Below, in pieces: positions 1-9,106 of a stretch of 64,000 nt of DNA (the first letter of the stretch is position 1; the number at the start of each line of letters is the position of its first letter). The translations under genes were made by a program, and so were the position numbers. The stretch lies in contig CAZNUP010000001.1 of the NCBI GenBank assembly GCA_964576435.1, positions 162,345-226,344 of the forward strand, in the 5' to 3' direction. Origin of the DNA: an uncultured Gammaproteobacteria bacterium. Lineage in GTDB: Bacteria > Patescibacteriota > Microgenomatia > JAMCZE01. The notes beneath the pieces are model-generated. The model was not told the origin of the DNA. It saw only the letters and a list, made by a program, of their open reading frames with translations, and made no database searches.

Positions 1-1050
1 ATCAATTAATGGAATTTCAGGTAAGGGCAATCCAAACTCTGTAAAAAACTCTTTTATTGCTTCCCACTCTCTAAACCTGAAACCCACATGTTCTACCTCA
101 TGGAACTGCTTACGAATCTTCGTTGTAAGAACCTCTTTCTCGAATCCGTTTCTAACACTTATTATTAAAGAAATGTTTGGATAGTGTTTTATATCTTTCA
201 GAAGAACAGGTAGACTCTTTTTCCAAAATGTGGGGTTTTCAGATTCGTTTAATGCATCAATGATTATAAAAAAACGTGATTTTGTCTTCTCACCAAGTCT
301 ATCGAACTTCTTTAGAAGCTCTGTTTTTGATTTTATCCTGTGGTCATTATTCTGTTTTAAAAGTTGTTTCCATATATCGTCGGTCGCGTTAATTTCTTGT
401 CCTAAAGTAATAAAACTAAAGGCACCAGATTCAATTCTGTTATTTACTAAGTCGCAAAGAAGGTGAGTTTTTCCTATCCCAGTAACACCCATCAATAGCA
501 GGAAAGGGTGGTTAGACAATACCGCCGCATCAGAATCGGATAATTCATTTAAGTTATGAAGCGGACTTCTGAACCTACTAAGATAATGGGATTCTGAACC
601 GAAGATCTTTTCCGAGTGTTCTTCTTTCTTTTCGTTGTCAGGACTTTTTTGGACTTTATAAATTTTATCTTGAAGATTCCAGCTATATTCTTCTAACTTT
701 TTCGCGGTTTTTTTAATTTCTTCCCAGTGAATTTTAGAAGTGGAATATTCTTTAACGTTACCTATCAAACTAAGTAGTTCTTCGAAACAATAATCGAAGT
801 TTATAAGTTCAATGCCGAGTAATTCAGGATTAGTTCTAGGAAAAATATCTTTTCTGCTTTTGCGTAGTTCTCCAAAAAGTTTTCTAGCCCTATCGTAAAA
901 AAACTGGTTCCTTGCCAAGCCATCAAATGTTTGGGTTATCGGTAAATTAACGTTTATTTCGGGGGTGTAGCGCTTACCAGCTAAATTCTTAGCCTTTTCG
1001 TAAAGATCTTCTTGCCACTTATTATCCTTAGCAGTTATTCTCATATCCAT
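1..1050 (-). CDS. STAND/NACHT NTPase, Avs2 (AVAST type 2)-like anti-phage protein; runs off the window edge (C-terminus missing)
   Basis: Not in the ORF track. Hand-translated from ATG at 1050: MDMRITAKDNKWQEDLYEKAKNLAGKRYTPEINVNLPI... Walker A GVTGIGKT, Walker B FIIIDALNE, LIISVR, EHVGF and FGLPLPEIPL motifs resemble Avs2-type proteins. Confidence 0.75.
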   Translation of the reverse strand, partial: MDMRITAKDNKWQEDLYEKAKNLAGKRYTPEINVNLPITQTFDGLARNQFFYDRARKLFGELRKSRKDIFPRTNPELLGIELINFDYCFEELLSLIGNVKEYSTSKIHWEEIKKTAKKLEEYSWNLQDKIYKVQKSPDNEKKEEHSEKIFGSESHYLSRFRSPLHNLNELSDSDAAVLSNHPFLLLMGVTGIGKTHLLCDLVNNRIESGAFSFITLGQEINATDDIWKQLLKQNNDHRIKSKTELLKKFDRLGEKTKSRFFIIIDALNESENPTFWKKSLPVLLKDIKHYPNISLIISVRNGFEKEVLTTKIRKQFHEVEHVGFRFREWEAIKEFFTEFGLPLPEIPLID

Positions 1051-1110
1051 ATACGAAAAAACCCCTACTAGAAGGGGCAGTTTCAAGACATATTATACTC
1101 GCCTTAGTGC

Positions 1111-1320
1111 TTAGAACGGAAGCAATTCGCCTGCATCAATTTTCAGAGCTTTTGCCAGGCGCTCTAGATTGATAAGTGAAGGGTTACGCTTACCCCTCTC
1201 TATCTGACCAATATAGGTAAAATGAAGGCCTGCAAGGTCTGCAAGTCCTTCCTGTGTAAGTCCTTTACCTTCCCGTAACTTTCGAAGGTGTTTGCCAAAT
1301 TTGGCTCGTATATCTTCCAT
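1111..1320 (-). CDS. XRE-family HTH regulator (controller-protein-like)
   Basis: LRKLREGKGLTQEGLADLAGLHFTYIGQIERGKRNPSL. Confidence 0.9.
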   Translation of the reverse strand: MEDIRAKFGKHLRKLREGKGLTQEGLADLAGLHFTYIGQIERGKRNPSLINLERLAKALKIDAGELLPF

Positions 1321-1346
1321 GCTTATATGGTCTCTAAAGGAAGACT

Positions 1347-1760
1347 ATGTATCCAGAGACGATAAGTCTCTTTTGTGATACAATGATGACGATGAGTCTT
1401 AATTCAACACAGCCTATTACCCCAACCCAGAGCAAGAAAGTTGCTTTTGCACTAGGTCTTTCGATTATTGTCTTCCTTTTAGGAACACTTTTTGGCACAA
1501 CATTAAGTAAAGCGCCTCAAATAAAAGAGGTAGAGGTCGAAAAGAATCTTTCTATTTGGAGAGAGCTAAAGGAAGTGGACGACCAGACATTTGTAATAGC
1601 TGTAAAGAGTTCTGAATTATCTTCAGCGGCCTTCTATGCAATTTCACAGGGTGACAGCGGAACAATTCAAGCAGTAACATTGGAAGCAAAAAAGAATACC
1701 GAAGAATTTAATAGACTTAAAATCAAACGACAAGAAATCCTAACCAAGCTAGGATACTAA
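1347..1760 (+). CDS. Membrane-anchored hypothetical protein (start may be a downstream ATG)
   Basis: ORF with one hydrophobic segment followed by a helical domain; divergent from the XRE gene. Confidence 0.6.
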   Translation: MYPETISLFCDTMMTMSLNSTQPITPTQSKKVAFALGLSIIVFLLGTLFGTTLSKAPQIKEVEVEKNLSIWRELKEVDDQTFVIAVKSSELSSAAFYAISQGDSGTIQAVTLEAKKNTEEFNRLKIKRQEILTKLGY

Positions 1761-1770
1761 CTTCCAAAGT

Positions 1771-1784
1771 GCGCCACGTGTCGC
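1771..1784. repeat. 14-bp near-palindrome GCGCCACGTGTCGC, copy 1
   Basis: Its exact reverse complement is at 2409-2422; this copy lies within the longer inverted repeat AAAGTGCG...CGCACTTT. Confidence 0.7.
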
Positions 1785-1811
1785 ACTTTTAATCGATCTG
1801 ACGGCCTAATC

Positions 1812-1840
1812 TTGTATTTTCATAAATGATTTGTTAGTAT
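1812..1840 (+). promoter_or_regulatory. Putative sigma70 promoter of the element operon
   Basis: TTGTAT-17 nt-TAGTAT. Confidence 0.5.
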
Positions 1841-1916
1841 AAATGTAAGTTGCGTGTTGGAAATCTTTTTCCAAACACCTTAGCCCGCTAGAGATTTGTT
1901 CTCTTTGCGCGATATT

Positions 1917-1957
1917 GACTGCTAGATACAACGGTTGTATTTAGCGGTCTTTTTTTT
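1917..1957 (+). terminator. Intrinsic terminator/attenuator in the leader upstream of ORF 1966
   Basis: GACTGCTAGATACAA-CGG-TTGTATTTAGCGGTC followed by T8. Confidence 0.65.
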
Positions 1958-1965
1958 GCGCAAAT

Positions 1966-2184
1966 ATGGATATTGAGAACAAATCAAATCAGAAAAGTCT
2001 TCATACAAACACGCTTCCCTTGCGTCTTTCTTCCAATGCAATAAAGGAATTTCAAGAACTCTATTTCAAAGAATACCGAGTAAATATTTCTGTCCAAGAA
2101 GCCGACCGCTTAGGCATGAATTTACTCAAATTGATTTCCATCGTTTATAAACCAATAAAGAAAAATGACTATGCAAATGAATAA
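1966..2184 (+). CDS. Small hypothetical protein of the recombinase operon
   Basis: LSSNAIKEFQELYFKEYRVNISVQEA; first gene of the operon leading to the LSR. Confidence 0.7.
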   Translation: MDIENKSNQKSLHTNTLPLRLSSNAIKEFQELYFKEYRVNISVQEADRLGMNLLKLISIVYKPIKKNDYANE

Positions 2185-2404
2185 CTATCGAGTTAAAGAT
2201 CTATACCTAGCCGCTTATCTTTACGGAGAAGGATTGGAACTACATGGGGTTGAAAGAGAAGGCAAGGTCTGCTGGTTCTCATTTACTAATAAAGAGCAGT
2301 GCGAAGAACTTGTAAGTCTTTACTGGAAAAACCAAGCTGTTTCTAAAGTTAAGTCGTTTACTGACGCTATTAGAACTCTGAAAGACTTGATTTATTCAAG
2401 TTAA
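2165..2404 (+). CDS. DUF5659-like small protein
   Basis: YRVKDLYLAAYL...CWFSF pattern. Confidence 0.6.
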   Translation: MTMQMNNYRVKDLYLAAYLYGEGLELHGVEREGKVCWFSFTNKEQCEELVSLYWKNQAVSKVKSFTDAIRTLKDLIYSS

Positions 2405-2408
2405 AACC

Positions 2409-2422
2409 GCGACACGTGGCGC
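2409..2422. repeat. 14-bp near-palindrome, copy 2 (inverted)
   Basis: GCGACACGTGGCGC, 4 nt before the ATG at 2427. Confidence 0.7.
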
Positions 2423-2426
2423 GTAT

Positions 2427-2921
2427 ATGGATATGGATAAAATTGATAAAACTCTACCAGACGTCATAAGACGTTTAAATGAAAATGCCAAACAGACAAA
2501 AGAGTTGGCATATAGATTCCTTTGGGTAAAGGTCAATTTTTCCGTAGTTAGAGATGGACACATGAGGCAAGTTGGCGCACGCGCTTTTGGTGTATTTTTC
2601 GTCATAAGAACATATATGAATAAGAACAATGTTGCATTCCCAAGTCTTAAAAGAATCGCCTATGACTCAAAACTTAGTGTCAACACTGTTAAAAAAGAAA
2701 TTCAAATCTTAATAAAACACGGTTGGTTAATTCAAACGGTCGAAAGAAACGAGAATGGAAGATTTGAAAATGCAGAATACTTAATTTTAGAAAATGATTT
2801 AATTCGCGGCACTAATTCACAAAGCTTTATGAAACAACCAGTGTCAAAGATTGATAACGGTTATCAGCCTGAACCAATATCAAATATCCATAACGGTAAT
2901 TTGATGCATAAGAAGTATTAA
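2427..2921 (+). CDS. Winged-HTH protein resembling the N-terminus of a phage replication initiator
   Basis: AFPSLKRIAYDSKLSVNTVKKEIQILIKHGWL; imperfect repeats near the 3' end. Confidence 0.7.
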   Translation: MDMDKIDKTLPDVIRRLNENAKQTKELAYRFLWVKVNFSVVRDGHMRQVGARAFGVFFVIRTYMNKNNVAFPSLKRIAYDSKLSVNTVKKEIQILIKHGWLIQTVERNENGRFENAEYLILENDLIRGTNSQSFMKQPVSKIDNGYQPEPISNIHNGNLMHKKY

Positions 2922-2963
2922 GAATAAAAGAAGTATTAAAAGAATAATTATAAAAATGATAGA

Positions 2964-4664
2964 ATGAAGACGATAAGTCCTAAACTACAAATGAATAGAT
3001 ACCTTACATACGCACGAAAATCCAGTGAGACCGAAGATAGACAGATTGCATCTATTCCAGATCAACTTAAAGAAATTCACTTATTAAGAACTCGCTTAGG
3101 TATACCTGAACCAGTCTCGTTTTCTGAGTCAAGGAGTGCAAAAATCCCTGGCAGAAGCGAGTTTAATAAGATGGTTGACCTTATTGAAAGAGGCGGAATA
3201 AAGGGTGTCTTATGCTGGAATCTATCAAGGCTTGCTCGTAACGGCAAAGATGGCGGCGTCATTATTTGGGCTGTTAACGAACTTGGATTAGAAATTGTCA
3301 CCCCTTCAAAAACATTTACCAAAGAAGATATTTTCCTCATGTATATCGAGTTTGGTATGGCTAACCAATTCATAAATGACTTATCGAAAAATGTAAAAAG
3401 AGGATTAAAGTCAAAGGCGGAAAAAGGGTGGTTGCCGAGTGGTGCAAAAGCAGGTTATGCGAATGATAAATATGCAGAAAAAGGAAATAAAACAATATTG
3501 CCCGACCCAGACAGATTTCCACTTATTCGTAAAGCTTGGGATATGATGTTAACTGGGATTTATAGTCCACTACAAGTTCTTAGAACTTTAAACGACGATT
3601 GGGGCTATCGCACTCCAAAACACAAAAGGATTGGCGGGAAGCCGATGTCAAGAAGTCATATTTACAAAATGTTTACCGACGCTTTTTACTACGGGGAATT
3701 TGAATATCAAGGTAACTGGTATATGGGCAAACATAAACCAATGATTTCAAAAGATGAGTTTGATAGAGTTCAAGCTTATTTAGGCAATAAAGGACGTCCA
3801 AGGCCAAGAACACATGAGTTTGCATTCACTGGATTATTCAAATGTGGTGAATGTGGTGCGATGATAACGGCAGAAGAAAAGTTTCAAATAATATGTTCTC
3901 ACTGTAAATGTAAGTTTGCATCATTAAATAAAGTTAGATGTCCCCGTTGTCAAACCTTGATAACGGATATGAATAATCCTACTCGACTTCACTACACCTA
4001 CTACCATTGCACAAAACGAAAGAAAAAGTCTTGTACTCAACGAGCTATCAGAATCGAATCGTTAGAACAGCAACTCGATTCATTATTAGAAAATATTCAA
4101 ATTTCAGAAGGTTTTAAAGATTGGGCTATTAAGCATCTGAGTGAAGTAGCAGAAATTGAAACCGAAGATAGAGATTCAATCATTCAGTCCCAACAAAAAG
4201 CGTACGACGATTGTGTGAAACGAATAGATAATTTAGTTAAACTGAAAATATCATCACAAAATTCTAATAATGAATTACTTTCAGATGAAGAATTTAAAAA
4301 TCAAAAAGAATCCCTGCTCGCTGAAAAGTCTAAGTTAATGGAGAAACTTCAAGATACGGACGGACGAATAGATAAATGGCTAGAGCTAACAGAAAAGACT
4401 TTTAACTTTGCTTGTTACGCCCGTCGTTGGTTTACGGAAGGAAACATTGCAACTAAGAAACAAATATTATTAGGAATCGGTTCGAACTTTACTTTAAAAG
4501 ACGGAGTTGTGGGTGTAGACCTGGAAAAACCATTACAGTTTATAGAATTTGCCAAAAACAAAGTTGTGGAGATTTCACCAACGTTCGAACCTGAAAAAGA
4601 GGGCTATAAATCAAGCCAAATGGACTCTTTTTACTCTAAAAATCTAACTTTGCTCCTCCGCTAG
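2964..4664 (+). CDS. Large serine recombinase (resolvase + recombinase + zinc-ribbon domains)
   Basis: YARKSS catalytic motif, LSRLAR, CGEC zinc ribbon, coiled coil; last codons and stop lie antisense within tRNA-Asn. Confidence 0.95.
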   Translation: MKTISPKLQMNRYLTYARKSSETEDRQIASIPDQLKEIHLLRTRLGIPEPVSFSESRSAKIPGRSEFNKMVDLIERGGIKGVLCWNLSRLARNGKDGGVIIWAVNELGLEIVTPSKTFTKEDIFLMYIEFGMANQFINDLSKNVKRGLKSKAEKGWLPSGAKAGYANDKYAEKGNKTILPDPDRFPLIRKAWDMMLTGIYSPLQVLRTLNDDWGYRTPKHKRIGGKPMSRSHIYKMFTDAFYYGEFEYQGNWYMGKHKPMISKDEFDRVQAYLGNKGRPRPRTHEFAFTGLFKCGECGAMITAEEKFQIICSHCKCKFASLNKVRCPRCQTLITDMNNPTRLHYTYYHCTKRKKKSCTQRAIRIESLEQQLDSLLENIQISEGFKDWAIKHLSEVAEIETEDRDSIIQSQQKAYDDCVKRIDNLVKLKISSQNSNNELLSDEEFKNQKESLLAEKSKLMEKLQDTDGRIDKWLELTEKTFNFACYARRWFTEGNIATKKQILLGIGSNFTLKDGVVGVDLEKPLQFIEFAKNKVVEISPTFEPEKEGYKSSQMDSFYSKNLTLLLR

Positions 4665-4921
4665 GACTCGAACCTAGGACATCTTCGTTACAAGAACCCT
4701 TAAATTACTCTAAGGCTTGGACTATCTCATCTCCGATGTGACATCGGAGTCGGGTATATAGTCTCTACACATTTAGTCCGACACAAGGTCGGACACTTAG
4801 CTCGGGATTGTCCTGCTTGTGGCGGGAGTTCCCCGAATTAGCCCGATTTTCACTCATGCATTGCTGCAAGAGGCTGCCAAACTTAGACAGCGAAGCGCTC
4901 TACCAACTGAGCTACAGAGGA
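4653..4921 (-). tRNA. tRNA-Asn(GTT) split by a group I intron; exons 4887-4921 and 4653-4690
   Basis: Joined exons give TCCTCTGTAGCTCAGTTGGTAGAGCGCTTCGCTGT|TAACGAAGATGTCCTAGGTTCGAGTCCTAGCGGAGGAG, a 73-nt cloverleaf with anticodon GT|T. Confidence 0.92.
4691..4886 (-). ncRNA. Group I self-splicing intron, 196 nt, no ORF
   Basis: P1 GCUGU/GCAGC with U.G at the 5' splice site; terminal omega-G; P/Q-like AATTCGGGGAA and AATCCCGAGC; P7 GACTAT/ATAGTC. Confidence 0.9.
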
Positions 4922-4974
4922 ATATTAACTTGTCAGATGGAATTTTAGCACCTCAGTAAGCTTTAATCTACCTA

Positions 4975-5409
4975 CTATTTATTTTGGGAGTTCTTTTGAA
5001 GTTTCCAAAAAATGACCATCGCCACTGTTATTACCAAAAATGCAATCATGGACAAGAAGGGAATGGTGACGAAACCGAAATATTCAACAAATTTTGTGGT
5101 GCACGACACGCCGTTTATGCACGGTGCCGCGGCTTCTGGAATTATGTTGTAGTAAAGCAGGTTGTGATAAATCCCGATTAAAAGTCCAATTACAGAAAGC
5201 GGCAAGACATATAAAGGAAGATCTTTGTTTTTTCGCAGAATCCCGACGGAAAGAATTACAACCAAAGGATACATGGCAATTCGCTGGTACCAACACAGCA
5301 CACACGGAGGGTATTTCAAAATTTCACTGAAGAATAAACTCCCGAGCATTGCTATCCAGGCAACCAAGAGTGCAAAATACGCCAAATATTTTTGTTTGCT
5401 ATTAAACAT
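4975..5409 (-). CDS. dsbB: Disulfide bond formation protein DsbB/BdbC
   Basis: PCVLCWYQR motif, four TM helices. Confidence 0.9.
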   Translation of the reverse strand: MFNSKQKYLAYFALLVAWIAMLGSLFFSEILKYPPCVLCWYQRIAMYPLVVILSVGILRKNKDLPLYVLPLSVIGLLIGIYHNLLYYNIIPEAAAPCINGVSCTTKFVEYFGFVTIPFLSMIAFLVITVAMVIFWKLQKNSQNK

Positions 5410-5440
5410 TAATCCTTAAACCTTAAGTCTTAAACCTTAA

Positions 5441-6592
5441 TTATTCAAGATAATCTTTTAGTTTTTTGGAACGGGAAGGATGCTTCAATTTTCTGATTGC
5501 CTTAGCTTCAATTTGTCTAATACGTTCTCTTGTAACACCAAATGCTTTACCCACTTCTTCCAAAGTTCTTGGTCTTCCGTCTTCAAGTCCAAATCTCATG
5601 ATGAGAACCTTTTTCTCACGGTCATTTAAAGTGGCTAGCACTTCATCAAGGTGTTCCTTAAGAAGGGCCTTTGATGTTTGTTCATAAGGGGATGGGATGT
5701 GTTCATCAGCGATAAAATCTCCAAGTTGAGAATCTTCTTCGTCACCAATCTTTGTTTGAAGTGATGTTGGTTCCTGAGAAATCTTTTGAATCTCATGAAT
5801 CTTTGATACGTCCAGTTCCAACTCTTTAGCAATTTCTTCAGGAAGTGGATCACGTCCCAGTTCAGCAGTCATTCTATTCCTAGTTCTCACATATCTATTA
5901 ATAGTCTCGACCATGTGAACTGGAATTCGGATTGTTCTAGCTTGATCAGCAATTGCCCTAGTGATTGCCTGTCTAATCCACCAAGTAGCATAAGTTGAGA
6001 ACTTGAATCCTCGTCTCCAATCGTATTTCTCTGTAGCTCTTATAAGTCCTTGATTTCCTTCCTGTATAAGGTCAAGCATGGTCATTCCTCGTCCAAGGTA
6101 TTTTTTGGCAATTGACACAACGAGTCTCAAATTTGAAGAAATGAGCTTGTCCTTGGCTTTTTTATCACCCTTTTCTGCCTTTTTGGCTAGTTCGACTTCT
6201 TCTTTGGCATTCAAAAGGGGAATGCGGCCAATTTCTTTAAGGTACATTCGAACTGGGTCTGTTGCTCCACTTTCATCAAGTGCGGCAATTGCTCCAAGCT
6301 CTTTTTCAAGGTCCGTGGCACTTTTTTGTGCCTCTTCCATGTCTTCCGCAGTTGTTTCGAAGATATCAACGTCAGCGTTAATGAGTCTGTCATAGAATTC
6401 GTCAAGCTCATCAATATGCTCTTCAGCCTTAGGAAAAACGGCAAGAACTTCCTCTTGAGTAACAAAACCAGCTGTTTTACCCTTTTTAAGAAGCTCTAAA
6501 GCACCAACTGGTAGATCTGATTTTGCTTGGGATTCTTTCTTAGGAGACTTAGTAACCTTTTTAACTGCCTTAGTGGCCATATATTTAAACAA
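5441..6592 (-). CDS. rpoD: RNA polymerase primary sigma factor
   Basis: [36 protein letters not shown]. Confidence 0.97.
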   Translation of the reverse strand: MFKYMATKAVKKVTKSPKKESQAKSDLPVGALELLKKGKTAGFVTQEEVLAVFPKAEEHIDELDEFYDRLINADVDIFETTAEDMEEAQKSATDLEKELGAIAALDESGATDPVRMYLKEIGRIPLLNAKEEVELAKKAEKGDKKAKDKLISSNLRLVVSIAKKYLGRGMTMLDLIQEGNQGLIRATEKYDWRRGFKFSTYATWWIRQAITRAIADQARTIRIPVHMVETINRYVRTRNRMTAELGRDPLPEEIAKELELDVSKIHEIQKISQEPTSLQTKIGDEEDSQLGDFIADEHIPSPYEQTSKALLKEHLDEVLATLNDREKKVLIMRFGLEDGRPRTLEEVGKAFGVTRERIRQIEAKAIRKLKHPSRSKKLKDYLE

Positions 6593-6642
6593 GGATCTCG
6601 AGGTAATTAGAGCTTGATATCTCTGTCCGCCTCTTGAAATGC

Positions 6643-7176
6643 CTAACTATTATACCTCTCCTCTAGTATTTTTGCAATTAAGAGCGTGTCGCCAATCACC
6701 ACGTGGTTTTTAACAAGTTCATCGTAAAGTCCTTTGATAGGTAGTTCAATAAGTTCTTGGAGTTCATCCTCGTCTCTAGCCGTATCCCCAACCTCAAAAT
6801 CAGTGATAAAGTAAATTGTTTTGAAGCCTGTGATATGAGGGCCCATTGCCACTTTAACAATCATTTCATATTTACCACCAATTATTCCCATTTCTTCTTT
6901 TTGTTCTCTTTTTAGCTCTAACAAATTTTCCTCATCACTTTCATGAGGTGTTCTAGCTCCAGTAAATTGAGTTAAATATGTCTCAGGCCCCTGTCGCCAT
7001 TCTTTAACCATTAATACCTTGCCATTTCTAATCGGGACCCCAGTAGTTATCCCCGGAAAAACGACCACGTTCCACTCCACCACCTTTCCATTGGGTAGTT
7101 CTATTTTTCTACTATCAACTCGAATTTTCGTGCTGTCAAAAACGGTTTTTGAAGAAATAACTTTGTAATCTTTCAT
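6643..7176 (-). CDS. NUDIX-like hydrolase (divergent ADP-ribose pyrophosphatase type)
   Basis: [11 protein letters not shown] Nudix-box remnant, IELPNGK. Confidence 0.7.
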   Translation of the reverse strand: MKDYKVISSKTVFDSTKIRVDSRKIELPNGKVVEWNVVVFPGITTGVPIRNGKVLMVKEWRQGPETYLTQFTGARTPHESDEENLLELKREQKEEMGIIGGKYEMIVKVAMGPHITGFKTIYFITDFEVGDTARDEDELQELIELPIKGLYDELVKNHVVIGDTLLIAKILEERYNS

Positions 7177-7189
7177 TCTTATCTGTATT

Positions 7190-9025
7190 TTATACCGAGC
7201 TGTTTTGCATGACTAGTGCCTTCTGTTCCAATAGTTCCTGAAGTCTTGATGCTGTTGTTGTGAAATCTTGTTCCAGATTTTCCGCATCAGGGTTTTTTTT
7301 GATTTCTCCACTAAGATTCTTGAGTCTCTTTCTTAAAGAAAGTTCTTTGACTTCCCACACGGTTTTTTGAATTTCTTCAAGGACATGATTTGAATCTTTG
7401 AAGTCAACCTTAATTTCTAAAAGATATAGTCTATTAAATGTATCCATAAGTTCCGGTGGAATTAAAACCGCCAGTTGATTGATTTCAAATTTTTCAGTTG
7501 TCAAAACGACATCAGATTTTGGGTTATCAATAAAGGTAACCATTGTTTGATAAATCTTTCCAAAAGCTGTGTTAATAAAATCCTCAGCACTGAGTCTAAT
7601 TGTTGAAATAACTAGGTAGTCAGATGGGTTTGGTGCTTGAAGAAGCATTGCCATAAGATATTCTTCCATCATTTCTTCTCGTGGTCTTTTGCTTTGTGGT
7701 TCGCTGCTAACTTCTTGATTTATATTTGCCTGTGGAACTTTTAATTTTCTGATTTCTTTGTCCACTTGTGCTTCTAAGCTATCAAGTGACACATTTAACT
7801 TATCAGCCAGTTTCTTTAAATAGTGTTCTCGAATAACAAGGTTTTCAATTACACCAATAAACTTTGCGGTTTCTGAAATAATTTTCTTAACCCCTTGTGG
7901 ATCATCAATTGAATATTTCTCACAAGCTGAATCAATTATGTAATCATAAAAGTTAACTGCGTTCTTGACTGCATTTCTCCATAAGTTTGGGTCAAGTTTA
8001 ATTAGTTCATCAGGGTCTTTAGCTTCTTTGAAGGTAACTACTTTAATATTAAATCCTGCTTTATCAGCTGTCTCAATTCCACGGTGCGCTGCTTGATCTC
8101 CAGCAAAATCAGAATCGAGTGACAAATACAAAGTATCTGTGTATCTCTTAAGTAAATTAATTTGTCCATCAGTTAGGGCAGACCCTTTAATGGCAACCAC
8201 GTTCCTAACACCTGCTTGATAAGATTGAATTGCGTCAATCTCTCCTTCAACAATAACTACAAAACCCTCCTTTTTAATTTCGTCTTTAGTTGTTTCAAGT
8301 GCGTATAAAACATCACCCTTAACATAGACTGGAGTCTCCGCTGTGTTTATATATTTTGCTTCTTTAGCATCTGGATCAAGGAGCCTCCCAGCAAACCCGA
8401 CAACCTTTCCTCTTGGGTCTTTAAGTGTAAACATCATTCTTCCTCTAAATCTGTCAAACACATTTCCAATTCCAGATCTAGAAACTAATCCTGCTTGAAA
8501 CAGTTCCTCTTCCTTGTATCCTTTCTTGCTAAGGAACTTATAAAGGTTATCCCACGATTGGGGAGCATATCCCAGTTGAAATAGTTTCCAGGAGTTTTCT
8601 GAAATCTTTCTTTCGCTAAAGTAGTCTCTGGCTTTTGCCCCCAGTGGGTGAGTGGTTAATAAATAGTTATAAAACTCCGCAGCTAAATGATTAATTTCAA
8701 AAATTTTGTCTTTGAGATCTGCCTTTTGACTAGCCTGAACACTTCTTTCAATTTTGATTCCCGCACGGTCTGCAAGAATTTTAAGAGCTTCCCCAAATTC
8801 GATGTTTTCAATTCTCATAAGAAACTTAAAAACATCCCCACCATCATTGCATCCTCCAAAGCAGTGCCATATTTGCCTTTCAGGAGATACGACAAAAGAA
8901 GGCGTCTTTTCTTCGTGGAATGGGCAAAGTCCTTTGAAGTTAGCTCCCGTTTTTTTAAGTTGGACATACTCAGAAATAAATTCCACAATGTCCACTTTCT
9001 CTTTAATTTGCTCAAGGTCAGTCAT
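7190..9025 (-). CDS. dnaG: DNA primase
   Basis: CPFHEEKTPSF zinc finger, VEGEID, DSDFAG Toprim. Confidence 0.97.
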   Translation of the reverse strand: MTDLEQIKEKVDIVEFISEYVQLKKTGANFKGLCPFHEEKTPSFVVSPERQIWHCFGGCNDGGDVFKFLMRIENIEFGEALKILADRAGIKIERSVQASQKADLKDKIFEINHLAAEFYNYLLTTHPLGAKARDYFSERKISENSWKLFQLGYAPQSWDNLYKFLSKKGYKEEELFQAGLVSRSGIGNVFDRFRGRMMFTLKDPRGKVVGFAGRLLDPDAKEAKYINTAETPVYVKGDVLYALETTKDEIKKEGFVVIVEGEIDAIQSYQAGVRNVVAIKGSALTDGQINLLKRYTDTLYLSLDSDFAGDQAAHRGIETADKAGFNIKVVTFKEAKDPDELIKLDPNLWRNAVKNAVNFYDYIIDSACEKYSIDDPQGVKKIISETAKFIGVIENLVIREHYLKKLADKLNVSLDSLEAQVDKEIRKLKVPQANINQEVSSEPQSKRPREEMMEEYLMAMLLQAPNPSDYLVISTIRLSAEDFINTAFGKIYQTMVTFIDNPKSDVVLTTEKFEINQLAVLIPPELMDTFNRLYLLEIKVDFKDSNHVLEEIQKTVWEVKELSLRKRLKNLSGEIKKNPDAENLEQDFTTTASRLQELLEQKALVMQNSSV

Positions 9026-9106
9026 AGAGGGCCTTCAAGGCGGATTGTACCACTTGAAATTCTTTCCACTAAGAGCTAATAATATTAGCGAAGAACTGAA
9101 TATTTA

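Larger units (their letters stand above)
1..4664. mobile_element. Integrated serine-recombinase element at the 3' end of tRNA-Asn; left end outside the window
   Basis: LSR gene overlaps the tRNA 3' end; also XRE HTH, Rep-like HTH, small accessory ORFs and defence cargo. Confidence 0.8.

Noticed and set aside
230-466. 78-aa plus-strand ORF
   Set aside because: Antisense shadow of the Avs-like gene.
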